This document shows, in pieces, positions 19,442 through 28,740 of a stretch of DNA of 64,000 nucleotides. The DNA comes from a phage. Both the position numbers and the translations under genes were made by a program. How positions within the stretch are numbered: the first letter of the stretch is position 1; each line of letters starts with the position of its first letter. The stretch lies in the sequence record PZ154895.1; one strand, written 5' to 3'. The notes under the pieces are model-generated. The model worked only from the letters and a program-made list of their open reading frames with translations, did no database searches and had not been told where the DNA came from.

Positions 19442-20401
19442 ATGATTACTGTAAATGAAAAAGAACACATTCTTGAACAGAAATATCGTCCATCTACTAT
19501 CGATGAATGTATTCTTCCCGCCTTTGATAAAGAAACCTTTAAATCTATTACAAGTAAAGGTAAGATTCCACATATTATTCTTCATTCTCCTTCTCCAGGA
19601 ACAGGTAAAACAACTGTAGCAAAAGCATTGTGTCATGATGTAAATGCTGATATGATGTTTGTGAATGGGTCAGATTGTAAAATTGATTTCGTTCGTGGTC
19701 CTTTGACTAATTTTGCTAGTGCAGCTTCATTTGATGGTCGTCAAAAAGTAATTGTTATTGATGAATTTGACCGTTCAGGGTTAGCAGAGTCTCAGCGACA
19801 TCTTCGTTCCTTTATGGAAGCTTATAGTTCAAACTGTAGTATTATTATTACTGCTAACAATATTGATGGTATTATTAAACCGCTTCAGTCACGCTGCCGA
19901 GTTATTACGTTCGGTCAACCGACCGATGAAGATAAAATTGAAATGATGAAGCAGATGATTCGTCGATTGACTGAAATCTGTAAGCATGAAGGAATTGCTA
20001 TAGCTGATATGAAAGTTGTAGCAGCTTTGGTTAAAAAGAATTTTCCTGATTTTCGTAAAACTATTGGTGAGCTCGATAGTTATTCATCTAAAGGTGTTTT
20101 GGATGCTGGTATTTTATCACTGGTTACTAACGATCGTGGTGCTATTGATGATGTTCTTGAGTCTCTCAAAAATAAAGATGTTAAACAGCTCAGAGCTTTA
20201 GCACCAAAATATGCAGCTGATTATTCGTGGTTCGTTGGTAAACTTGCCGAAGAAATCTATACACGTGTAACTCCGCAAAGTATTATTCGTATGTATGAAA
20301 TTGTTGGTGAAAATAACCAGTATCATGGAATTGCGGCTAATACGGAATTACATTTAGCATATCTTTTCATTCAATTAGCATGCGAAATGCAGTGGAAGTG
20401 A
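19442..20401 (+). CDS. 44: clamp loader large subunit gp44 (AAA+)
   Basis: Matches T4 gp44 ([17 protein letters not shown]...); Walker [11 protein letters not shown]; ATG at 19442. Confidence 0.95.
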   Translation: MITVNEKEHILEQKYRPSTIDECILPAFDKETFKSITSKGKIPHIILHSPSPGTGKTTVAKALCHDVNADMMFVNGSDCKIDFVRGPLTNFASAASFDGRQKVIVIDEFDRSGLAESQRHLRSFMEAYSSNCSIIITANNIDGIIKPLQSRCRVITFGQPTDEDKIEMMKQMIRRLTEICKHEGIAIADMKVVAALVKKNFPDFRKTIGELDSYSSKGVLDAGILSLVTNDRGAIDDVLESLKNKDVKQLRALAPKYAADYSWFVGKLAEEIYTRVTPQSIIRMYEIVGENNQYHGIAANTELHLAYLFIQLACEMQWK

Positions 20402-20402
20402 T

Positions 20403-20966
20403 ATGAGCTTATTTGAAGATGATATTCAATTAAACGAGCATCAAGTTGCTTGGTATTCAAAAGATTGGACAGCTGTCCAATCTGCTGCTGATTCTTTCAA
20501 GGAAAAAGCTGAAAATGAATTTTTTGAAATAATTGGGGCTATCAATAATAAAACTAAATGCTCTATTGCTCAAAAAGATTATTCAAAATACATGGTTGAG
20601 AATGCATTATCACAATTTCCTGAATGCATGCCAGCTGTATATGCTATGAATTTAATTGGATCAGGTTTAAGCGATGAAGCCCATTTTAATTACCTGATGG
20701 CTGCTGTTCCTCGGGGTAAAAGATATGGTAAATGGGCAAAACTGGTCGAAGATTCTACTGAAGTATTGATTATTAAGTTACTTGCTAAGCGGTATCAAGT
20801 TAATACAAATGATGCAATTAACTATAAATCAATTCTTACTAAAAATGGAAAACTTCCTTTAGTATTAAAAGAACTAAAAGGTTTAGTCACGGATGATTTT
20901 TTGAAAGAAGTGACTAAGAACGTAAAAGAACAGAAACAACTCAAAAAACTAGCATTGGAATGGTAA
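20403..20966 (+). CDS. 62: clamp loader small subunit gp62
   Basis: 187 aa; synteny 44-62-regA. Confidence 0.9.
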   Translation: MSLFEDDIQLNEHQVAWYSKDWTAVQSAADSFKEKAENEFFEIIGAINNKTKCSIAQKDYSKYMVENALSQFPECMPAVYAMNLIGSGLSDEAHFNYLMAAVPRGKRYGKWAKLVEDSTEVLIIKLLAKRYQVNTNDAINYKSILTKNGKLPLVLKELKGLVTDDFLKEVTKNVKEQKQLKKLALEW

Positions 20967-20967
20967 A

Positions 20968-21336
20968 ATGATTGAAATTACTCTTAAAAAACCTGAAGAT
21001 TTTCTGAAAGTAAAAGAAACTTTGACTCGCATGGGAATTGCTAATAATAAAGATAAAGTTCTGTATCAGTCCTGTCATATTCTTCAGAAAAAAGGACTAT
21101 ACTATATCGTTCATTTTAAAGAAATGCTTCGTATGGATGGTCGCCAGGTTGAAATGACAGAAGAAGATGAAGTTCGTCGTGATTCGATTGCATGGCTGTT
21201 AGAAGATTGGGGGCTGATTGAAATCGTTCCTGGTCAAAGAACTTTTATGAAAGATTTAACCAATAACTTCCGAGTTATTTCTTTTAAACAAAAACATGAA
21301 TGGAAACTCGTTCCAAAATATACGATTGGTAATTAA
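20968..21336 (+). CDS. regA: translational repressor RegA
   Basis: 122 aa; synteny. Confidence 0.9.
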   Translation: MIEITLKKPEDFLKVKETLTRMGIANNKDKVLYQSCHILQKKGLYYIVHFKEMLRMDGRQVEMTEEDEVRRDSIAWLLEDWGLIEIVPGQRTFMKDLTNNFRVISFKQKHEWKLVPKYTIGN

Positions 21337-21337
21337 T

Positions 21338-21559
21338 ATGACTGCTATAACCCCGCAAGAATACATGGCGTCTCTTAAAGAAAAATATAATCTTTCTGCA
21401 ACAGAAACACTTTTTGATTTACCAGAAAATCTCCAACTAAAATTTCAGGTAGAATTTCAAAAATTAGTTCACCCAGAACAAAAACACTTTACCGCAGTGG
21501 TTAAGTCAATTAATGCAGATGGATTGACAATTTTTCACCGACAAATGGTATTAATTTAA
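21338..21559 (+). CDS. hypothetical protein
   Basis: ORF track 21296..21559; ATG at 21338 just after regA stop; terminator follows. Confidence 0.45.
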   Translation: MTAITPQEYMASLKEKYNLSATETLFDLPENLQLKFQVEFQKLVHPEQKHFTAVVKSINADGLTIFHRQMVLI

Positions 21560-21561
21560 GC

Positions 21562-21583
21562 AAGGGGCTTCGGCCCCTTATTT
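21562..21583 (+). terminator. rho-independent terminator upstream of gene 43
   Basis: GGGGCTTCGGCCCC + TTATTT. Confidence 0.6.
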
Positions 21584-21600
21584 AGAGTATAATATATCAA

Positions 21601-21637
21601 GAGCCTAATAACTCGGGCTATAAACTAAGGAATATCT
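21601..21637 (+). promoter_or_regulatory. gene 43 translational operator (hairpin plus SD)
   Basis: GAGCCTAATAACTCGGGCT hairpin followed by AAGGA SD before ATG; matches the T4 gp43 autoregulation site as recalled. Confidence 0.6.
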
Positions 21638-24334
21638 ATGAAAGAATTTTATATCTCTATCGAAACAGTCGGAAATAATATTGTTGAGCGTTATATTGAT
21701 GAAAACGGAAAGGAACGTACTCGTGAAGTAGAATATCTTCCGACTATGTTTAGGCATTGTAAGGAAGAGTCAAAGTACAAAGACATTTACGGTAAAAATT
21801 GCGCTCCTCAAAAATTTCCATCAATGAAAGATGCACGAGACTGGATGAAGCGAATGGAAGACATCGGTCTCGAAGCTCTTGGTATGAACGATTTTAAACT
21901 CGCTTATATCAGTGATACATATGGTTCAGAAATTGTTTATGACCGAAAATTTGTTCGTGTAGCTAACTGTGACATTGAGGTTACTGGCGATAAATTTCCT
22001 GACCCAATGAAAGCAGAATATGAAATTGATGCTATCACTCATTATGATTCAATTGACGACCGTTTTTACGTCTTTGATTTGTTGAATTCAATGTACGGTT
22101 CAGTATCAAAATGGGATGCAAAGTTAGCTGCTAAACTTGACTGTGAAGGTGGTGATGAAGTTCCTCAAGAAATTCTTGACCGAGTAATTTATATGCCATT
22201 TGATAATGAGCGTGATATGCTCATGGAATATATTAATCTCTGGGAACAGAAACGACCTGCTATTTTTACTGGTTGGAATATTGAGGGATTTGACGTTCCG
22301 TATATCATGAATCGCGTTAAAATGGTTCTTGGTGAACGTAGTATGAAACGCTTCTCTCCAATCGGTCGAGTAAAATCTAAACTAATTCAAAATATGTACG
22401 GTAGCAAAGAAATTTATTCTATTGATGGCGTATCTATTCTTGATTATTTAGATTTGTACAAGAAATTCGCATTTACTAATTTGCCATCATTCTCTTTGGA
22501 ATCAGTTGCTCAACATGAAACCAAAAAAGGTAAATTGCCGTACGATGGTCCTATTAATAAACTTCGTGAGACTAATCATCAACGATACATTAGTTATAAC
22601 ATTATTGACGTAGAATCAGTTCAAGCAATTGATAAAATTCGTGGGTTTATCGATCTAGTTTTAAGTATGTCTTATTATGCTAAAATGCCTTTTTCTGGTG
22701 TAATGAGTCCTATTAAAACTTGGGATGCTATTATTTTTAACTCACTGAAAAGTGAACATAAGGTTATTCCTCAACAAGGTTCGCACGTTAAGCAGAGTTT
22801 TCCAGGCGCATTTGTGTTTGAACCTAAACCGATTGCCCGTCGATACATTATGAGTTTTGACTTGACATCTCTGTATCCTAGCATTATTCGTCAGGTTAAC
22901 ATTAGTCCTGAGACTATTCGTGGACAGTTTAAAGTTCATCCAATTCATGAATATATCGCAGGAACAGCTCCTAAGCCAAGTGATGAATATTCTTGTTCTC
23001 CGAATGGATGGATGTATGATAAGCACCAAGAAGGTATCATTCCAAAGGAAATCGCTAAAGTATTTTTCCAGCGTAAAGATTGGAAAAAGAAAATGTTCGC
23101 CGAAGAAATGAATGCCGAAGCTATTAAAAAGATTATTATGAAAGGTGCAGGGTCTTGCTCAACTAAGCCAGAAGTTGAACGATATGTTAAGTTCAGTGAT
23201 GATTTCTTAAATGAATTATCGAATTACACCGAATCTGTTCTTAATAGTCTGATCGAAGAATGTGAAAAAGCAGCTACACTTGCTAACACAAATCAGCTGA
23301 ACCGTAAAATTCTTATCAACAGTCTTTATGGTGCTCTTGGTAATATTCATTTCCGTTACTATGATTTGCGAAATGCTACTGCTATCACAATTTTTGGTCA
23401 AGTTGGTATTCAGTGGATTGCTCGTAAAATTAATGAATATCTGAATAAAGTGTGTGGAACTGATGGTGAAGATTTCATCGCAGCAGGTGATACTGATTCG
23501 GTATATGTTTGTGTAGATAAAGTAATTGAAAAAGTAGGTCTTGACCGCTTTAAAGAACAAAATGATTTAGTTGAATTCATGAATCAGTTTGGTAAGAAAA
23601 AGATGGAACCTATGATTGATGTTGCATATCGTGAGTTATGTGATTATATGAATAACCGCGAGCATCTGATGCATATGGACCGTGAAGCTATTTCTTGCCC
23701 TCCACTCGGTTCAAAGGGTGTTGGTGGATTTTGGAAAGCGAAAAAACGTTATGCTCTGAACGTTTATGATATGGAAGATAAGCGATTTGCTGAACCACAT
23801 CTAAAAATCATGGGTATGGAAACTCAACAGAGTTCAACACCAAAAGCAGTGCAAGAAGCTCTCGAAGAAAGTATTCGTCGTATTCTTCAGGAAGGTGAAG
23901 AGTCTGTCCAAGAATACTATAAGAACTTTGAGAAAGAATACCGTCAACTTGACTATAAAGTTATTGCTGAAGTAAAAACCGCGAACGATATAGCAAAATA
24001 TGACGATAAGGGTTGGCCAGGATTTAAATGTCCGTTCCATATTCGTGGTGTGCTAACTTATCGTCGAGCTGTTAGCGGTTTAGGTGTAGCTCCAATTTTG
24101 GATGGAAATAAGGTAATGGTTCTTCCGTTACGTGAGGGAAATCCATTTGGTGACAAGTGTATTGCTTGGCCGTCGGGCACAGAACTTCCAAAAGAAATTC
24201 GTTCTGATGTACTGTCTTGGATTGACTACTCAACTTTGTTCCAAAAATCGTTTGTTAAACCGCTTGCGGGCATGTGTGAATCGGCAGGTATGGACTATGA
24301 GGAAAAAGCTTCGTTAGACTTCCTGTTTGGCTGA
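21638..24334 (+). CDS. 43: DNA polymerase gp43 (family B, 3'-5' exonuclease)
   Basis: 898 aa; exo and pol motifs (DIE, YGG, DTDS); translational operator hairpin upstream. Confidence 0.97.
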   Translation: MKEFYISIETVGNNIVERYIDENGKERTREVEYLPTMFRHCKEESKYKDIYGKNCAPQKFPSMKDARDWMKRMEDIGLEALGMNDFKLAYISDTYGSEIVYDRKFVRVANCDIEVTGDKFPDPMKAEYEIDAITHYDSIDDRFYVFDLLNSMYGSVSKWDAKLAAKLDCEGGDEVPQEILDRVIYMPFDNERDMLMEYINLWEQKRPAIFTGWNIEGFDVPYIMNRVKMVLGERSMKRFSPIGRVKSKLIQNMYGSKEIYSIDGVSILDYLDLYKKFAFTNLPSFSLESVAQHETKKGKLPYDGPINKLRETNHQRYISYNIIDVESVQAIDKIRGFIDLVLSMSYYAKMPFSGVMSPIKTWDAIIFNSLKSEHKVIPQQGSHVKQSFPGAFVFEPKPIARRYIMSFDLTSLYPSIIRQVNISPETIRGQFKVHPIHEYIAGTAPKPSDEYSCSPNGWMYDKHQEGIIPKEIAKVFFQRKDWKKKMFAEEMNAEAIKKIIMKGAGSCSTKPEVERYVKFSDDFLNELSNYTESVLNSLIEECEKAATLANTNQLNRKILINSLYGALGNIHFRYYDLRNATAITIFGQVGIQWIARKINEYLNKVCGTDGEDFIAAGDTDSVYVCVDKVIEKVGLDRFKEQNDLVEFMNQFGKKKMEPMIDVAYRELCDYMNNREHLMHMDREAISCPPLGSKGVGGFWKAKKRYALNVYDMEDKRFAEPHLKIMGMETQQSSTPKAVQEALEESIRRILQEGEESVQEYYKNFEKEYRQLDYKVIAEVKTANDIAKYDDKGWPGFKCPFHIRGVLTYRRAVSGLGVAPILDGNKVMVLPLREGNPFGDKCIAWPSGTELPKEIRSDVLSWIDYSTLFQKSFVKPLAGMCESAGMDYEEKASLDFLFG

Positions 24335-24347
24335 TAGAATAAATCTA

Positions 24348-24369
24348 GGGACCTCCGGGTCCCTTTTTC
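24348..24369 (+). terminator. rho-independent terminator after gene 43
   Basis: GGGACC-TCCG-GGTCCC + TTTTT. Confidence 0.7.
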
Positions 24370-24451
24370 ATACAAGTAATATAAATCTATACTTAGGAAA
24401 AATAGATGATTCTAGGTCCTGTAAATTCATTAAAAATTTTTTCACAAAACT

Positions 24452-24481
24452 GTTTACATCCCCGTTCTTCCATGGTACTAT
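24452..24481 (+). promoter_or_regulatory. early promoter
   Basis: GTTTAC, 18-nt spacer, TGgTACTAT. Confidence 0.5.
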
Positions 24482-24515
24482 ACAACTATCAACTGATATG
24501 GATTTGGAGAATAAA

Positions 24516-24752
24516 ATGAAAATTGTTTATGGTTGTTTAGCAGTGTGTTTAGTTGCATTAGCAACTGTTCCATTTATTGATATTGAAAATGACACTCAGA
24601 ATGTGATTGAATCTAATACTATTATTCACATGAATGGTAAAGTATCAACAAAAATTGATGATAATCTTCATATGAATACTAATGGAACGTTGGGTGTTCA
24701 ATTAGGTAATACCTGTGTAAGCACTACTGGAGTAATTACTACTTGTATTTGA
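24516..24752 (+). CDS. small secreted/membrane protein (78 aa)
   Basis: In-frame ATG inside ORF 24327..24752, preceded by early promoter and GGAG; N-terminal hydrophobic segment. Confidence 0.45.
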   Translation: MKIVYGCLAVCLVALATVPFIDIENDTQNVIESNTIIHMNGKVSTKIDDNLHMNTNGTLGVQLGNTCVSTTGVITTCI

Positions 24753-24762
24753 GGAAATTATT

Positions 24763-25143
24763 ATGAAAATCGCTATTTTGGTTATTGCATTAGGTCTTAC
24801 TGGCTGTGTAGCTCAAGGACCAGTAGTAAATCAGTCTGATGTAGGAAAAATTGTAAACTGTTCAAGCAAATTTTATAATCCTAACGTCAAGTGTTATAAA
24901 GAAGCTCCAAAACAGACAGTAGAACAAATGCAGGCGAATTTTGACGAAGCTATTCGTCCAGATGAATCTGCTCAAGCATATCGTAATTCAGATGTGATTA
25001 CACGTGAAGAAAAAATTGAAAACTACTGTGCTGAACTTTGGGCAAATTGGGCTAATAATTACCAATGGCGTACCGGTAAAAATGCTCCGATGGAGTATGT
25101 AGTAAATTCTTATAATTCATGCGTAAAAAATTTGACTAAGTGA
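24763..25143 (+). CDS. putative lipoprotein (126 aa)
   Basis: Signal peptide with lipobox LTGC; GAGGA SD. Confidence 0.55.
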   Translation: MKIAILVIALGLTGCVAQGPVVNQSDVGKIVNCSSKFYNPNVKCYKEAPKQTVEQMQANFDEAIRPDESAQAYRNSDVITREEKIENYCAELWANWANNYQWRTGKNAPMEYVVNSYNSCVKNLTK

Positions 25144-25150
25144 GGAAAAC

Positions 25151-25402
25151 ATGGAAACTTTAGTAGCAGGTTCAATTTTTATGGTTTTAGTTTCAGGCGT
25201 GTTGGCTATTATTATATACATGCTTCCATGGTTCATCGCCTTGATGCGTGGGTCAAAATCGACAGTAGGAATCTTTTTCACATCTTTACTGTTTAACTGG
25301 TCAATCATTGGTTGGTTTATTACATTTATTTGGTCAATTGCAGGTGAAACTAAAAAATCTGTACAGCAAAATCAAGTAATTATCATCAGAGAGAAGGAAT
25401 GA
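25151..25402 (+). CDS. imm: immunity (superinfection exclusion) membrane protein Imm
   Basis: 83 aa, two hydrophobic helices; position between 43 and 42 as in T4. Confidence 0.85.
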   Translation: METLVAGSIFMVLVSGVLAIIIYMLPWFIALMRGSKSTVGIFFTSLLFNWSIIGWFITFIWSIAGETKKSVQQNQVIIIREKE

Positions 25403-25548
25403 AAAGCAAAATTTTAGCAGTATTGCTTTTAATCTTGATGATTATAATAAGTATATACTATAGCGTAACAGTTCCTTGTATGATTCCAACGCTTATTATA
25501 GGGTGGAGTTTATTACTGTTACAAGTTAAATATGAATGCATCAATTGA
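25399..25548 (+). CDS. small membrane protein (49 aa), below ORF-track cut-off
   Basis: ATGA overlap with imm stop; entirely hydrophobic. Confidence 0.4.
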   Translation: MKSKILAVLLLILMIIISIYYSVTVPCMIPTLIIGWSLLLLQVKYECIN

Positions 25549-25555
25549 GGTTTAA

Positions 25556-26296
25556 ATGATTAACGATTATATGACAGTTGAAGAAATCCGTCTTGATTTG
25601 GGTCTTGCATTAAAGGAAAAAGATTTCGTAATTGATAAAACCGGTGTTAAAACTATTGAAATTATTGGTGCATCATTTGTAGCAGATGAACCTTTTATTT
25701 TTGGCGCTCTTAATGATGAATACATTCAACGTGAACTTGAATGGTATAAGTCTCAAAGTCTGTTTGTTAAAGATATTCCAGGTGAAACGCCGAAGATTTG
25801 GCAGCAGGTAGCATCTTCTAAAGGCGAAATTAACTCGAATTATGGTTGGGCCATCTGGTCAGAAGATAACTATGCCCAGTATGATATGTGTTTAGCTGAA
25901 CTTGGTCAAAATCCTGATTCTCGACGCGGTATCATGATTTATACTCGTCCATCCATGCAGTTTGACTACAATAAAGATGGTATGTCAGATTTCATGTGTA
26001 CGAATACAGTACAGTACCTGATTCGTGATAAGAAAGTCAATGCAGTAGTAAGCATGCGTTCAAATGACGTAGTCTTCGGATTCCGTAATGATTATGCGTG
26101 GCAAAAATACGTACTAGATAAATTAGTATCTGATTTGAATGCAGGTGATTCAACTCGTCAGTATAAAGCAGGTTCCATTATATGGAATGTCGGGAGCCTT
26201 CATGTGTATTCCCGTCATTTTTATTTGGTTGACCATTGGTGGAAAACTGGCGAAACTCATATTGCGAAAAAAGATTATAACGGTGAGTGGAAATGA
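25556..26296 (+). CDS. 42: dCMP hydroxymethylase gp42
   Basis: 246 aa; near-identical to T4 gp42. Confidence 0.95.
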   Translation: MINDYMTVEEIRLDLGLALKEKDFVIDKTGVKTIEIIGASFVADEPFIFGALNDEYIQRELEWYKSQSLFVKDIPGETPKIWQQVASSKGEINSNYGWAIWSEDNYAQYDMCLAELGQNPDSRRGIMIYTRPSMQFDYNKDGMSDFMCTNTVQYLIRDKKVNAVVSMRSNDVVFGFRNDYAWQKYVLDKLVSDLNAGDSTRQYKAGSIIWNVGSLHVYSRHFYLVDHWWKTGETHIAKKDYNGEWK

Positions 26297-27135
26297 TTCA
26301 ATTCGTAATTCCAAGCTATCAACGCGGAGGGGCAGTTTCTGCCCTTGATATGTTTCCGACTGATTATGAACCTCATATTGTAGTACGTGAACACGAAGAA
26401 AAAGCTTATTATGACGCTTACGGGTCTAGAGCTAAAATTATAACTATTCCTGATGATGTTAATGGAATTGCTGGTACTCGTAAAGCAATTACTGATATGT
26501 ATGCAGGTCAACGAATCTGGATGATTGATGATGATACTACTATTCGTATGAGTTCAATGCGAAAGAAAGATGATCGTCGCTGTGTAGATAAAATTAATCA
26601 ATTAACTCGTGAACAGTTCTATGAATTGATTCAATACGTGGAAGATGCCATGGATTGCGGGTATTATCACGGCCATGCTCGTCTACCTATTTTTAAAATT
26701 ACTTCATCTTGGGGTAATTATCGTGAAAATTCATACGGATTCACGAATACCTGGTATGATTTAGGAAAACTTACAACAGAACAAATTGGGTATGGAAAAA
26801 TTGATTTATGCGAAGATATGTATGCATTTCTCAATTTAATTAATCAAGGTTATCCGCATTTGGCCTTGTTCAAATATCTAGTTGTATCTGGAAAAGCGCA
26901 AGCTCCTGGCGGATGTAGTTCAATTCGTAGTAATTCAAAACATAATAGAGCTCTTGAGCAAATCAATAGAGAGTTTCCAGAGCAAGCTCGTTGGAAAACT
27001 TCTAATATTGAAAAACGAAAATCGTTGGGTGAAGAAGACGAGCCATTAAAGGTTCTTCGCATGTGTGTTTCGCGCAAAGAAAAGTCAGAAGCATTTCATA
27101 AGTTTAATGCTATTCATCCAATAGCAGTTGATTAA
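26293..27135 (+). CDS. ba-gt: putative DNA glycosyltransferase with DXD motif; candidate beta-alpha-glucosyltransferase
   Basis: Occupies the b-gt slot between 42 and uvsX but does not resemble T4 BGT; motif WMIDDDTTI; ATGA overlap with gene 42. Confidence 0.6.
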   Translation: MIQFVIPSYQRGGAVSALDMFPTDYEPHIVVREHEEKAYYDAYGSRAKIITIPDDVNGIAGTRKAITDMYAGQRIWMIDDDTTIRMSSMRKKDDRRCVDKINQLTREQFYELIQYVEDAMDCGYYHGHARLPIFKITSSWGNYRENSYGFTNTWYDLGKLTTEQIGYGKIDLCEDMYAFLNLINQGYPHLALFKYLVVSGKAQAPGGCSSIRSNSKHNRALEQINREFPEQARWKTSNIEKRKSLGEEDEPLKVLRMCVSRKEKSEAFHKFNAIHPIAVD

Positions 27136-27212
27136 TGCCTAAATTTATTGTGTTATAATTACCCTATCTTTAACCAGTGAGGAAAATATAATGATGCCTA
27201 TGGAAAAAATGA

Positions 27213-28394
27213 ATGTCTATTGCAGATTTAAAATCCCGTTTGATTAAAGCTTCCACTTCTAAAATGACTGCTGAACTGACTACATCTAAATTCTTTAATG
27301 AAAAGGATGTAATCCGTACAAAAATCCCAATGCTTAATATCGCTATTTCCGGTGCGATTGATGGTGGAATGCAGTCTGGTTTAACCATTTTTGCAGGTCC
27401 TTCTAAACACTTTAAATCAAATATGTCTTTGACTATGGTTGCGGCGTATTTGAACAAATATCCTGATGCGGTTTGTTTATTCTATGATAGCGAATTTGGT
27501 ATTACTCCAGCTTATTTGCGATCCATGGGAGTTGACCCGGAACGAGTAATTCATACACCAATTCAGTCAGTTGAACAGCTGAAAATTGATATGGTGAATC
27601 AGCTTGAAGCTATTGAGCGCGGTGAAAAGGTTATTGTATTCATCGACTCAATCGGTAATATGGCTTCTAAGAAAGAAACGGAAGATGCCTTGAATGAAAA
27701 ATCTGTGGCAGATATGACTCGTGCTAAATCACTGAAGTCATTATTCCGTATTGTTACTCCTTATTTTAGTATCAAAAACATTCCATGTGTTGCGGTTAAC
27801 CATACAATTGAAACAATTGAAATGTTTAGTAAAACCGTGATGACAGGTGGTACAGGCGTAATGTATTCGGCTGATACTGTATTCATTATCGGTAAGCGTC
27901 AGATTAAAGATGGTTCTGATCTTCAGGGGTATCAATTTGTTCTAAATGTAGAAAAATCTCGTACCGTCAAAGAAAAAAGTAAATTCTTTATTGATGTTAA
28001 ATTTGACGGTGGTATCGATCCTTATTCTGGATTGTTAGATATGGCTCTTGAATTAGGATTTGTAGTAAAACCTAAAAATGGCTGGTATGCTCGTGAATTT
28101 CTTGATGAAGAAACCGGCGAGATGATTCGCGAAGAAAAATCTTGGCGCGCAAAAGATACCAACTGTACTACATTCTGGGGTCCTTTATTTAAGCATCAAC
28201 CATTCCGAGATGCTATTAAACGCGCTTATCAGTTGGGTGCTATTGATAGTAATGAAATTGTTGAAGCTGAAGTTGATGAATTAATTAACTCAAAGGTTGA
28301 AAAATTTAAATCTCCAGAAAGTAAAAGTAAATCAGCAGCTGATTTAGAAACTGACCTAGATCAGTTAAGTGATATGGAAGAATTTAATGAATAA
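27213..28394 (+). CDS. uvsX: RecA-like recombinase UvsX
   Basis: 393 aa; near-identical to T4 UvsX; Walker A GPSKHFKS. Confidence 0.95.
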   Translation: MSIADLKSRLIKASTSKMTAELTTSKFFNEKDVIRTKIPMLNIAISGAIDGGMQSGLTIFAGPSKHFKSNMSLTMVAAYLNKYPDAVCLFYDSEFGITPAYLRSMGVDPERVIHTPIQSVEQLKIDMVNQLEAIERGEKVIVFIDSIGNMASKKETEDALNEKSVADMTRAKSLKSLFRIVTPYFSIKNIPCVAVNHTIETIEMFSKTVMTGGTGVMYSADTVFIIGKRQIKDGSDLQGYQFVLNVEKSRTVKEKSKFFIDVKFDGGIDPYSGLLDMALELGFVVKPKNGWYAREFLDEETGEMIREEKSWRAKDTNCTTFWGPLFKHQPFRDAIKRAYQLGAIDSNEIVEAEVDELINSKVEKFKSPESKSKSAADLETDLDQLSDMEEFNE

Positions 28395-28731
28395 AGATGA
28401 TTTGGATTTAGATCTAGAAATTATCGACGAATCCCCCTCTTCGGAGGGGGAAGAAGAAAGAAAAGAACGTCTTTTTAATGAATCTCTTAAGATAATTAAA
28501 TCTGCCATGGAAAATGTTATCCAGGAGATTGTCATTAAACTAGAAGACGGTTCTACACACATTGTGTATGTGACAAAATTAGATTGGGTTGATGGAAAAG
28601 TCGTAATGGACTTTGCTGTTCTTGACCAAGAAAGAAAAGCTGAGTTAGCTCCTCATGTAGAAAAATGTATTACAATGCAACTACAAGATGCATTTAATAA
28701 AAGGTCAAAGAAAAAATTTAAATTCTTTTAA
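28387..28731 (+). CDS. 40: head vertex assembly chaperone gp40
   Basis: ORF track 28369..28731 (GTG); in-frame ATG at 28387 overlapping uvsX stop; synteny uvsX-40-41. Confidence 0.7.
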   Translation: MNKDDLDLDLEIIDESPSSEGEEERKERLFNESLKIIKSAMENVIQEIVIKLEDGSTHIVYVTKLDWVDGKVVMDFAVLDQERKAELAPHVEKCITMQLQDAFNKRSKKKFKFF

Positions 28732-28740
28732 GGAGTAAGT

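Noticed and set aside
22742-23560. Minus-strand ORFs (95 and 114 aa) and a plus-strand 63-aa ORF inside gene 43
   Set aside because: Embedded in the DNA polymerase coding region; no expression signals; composition artefacts.
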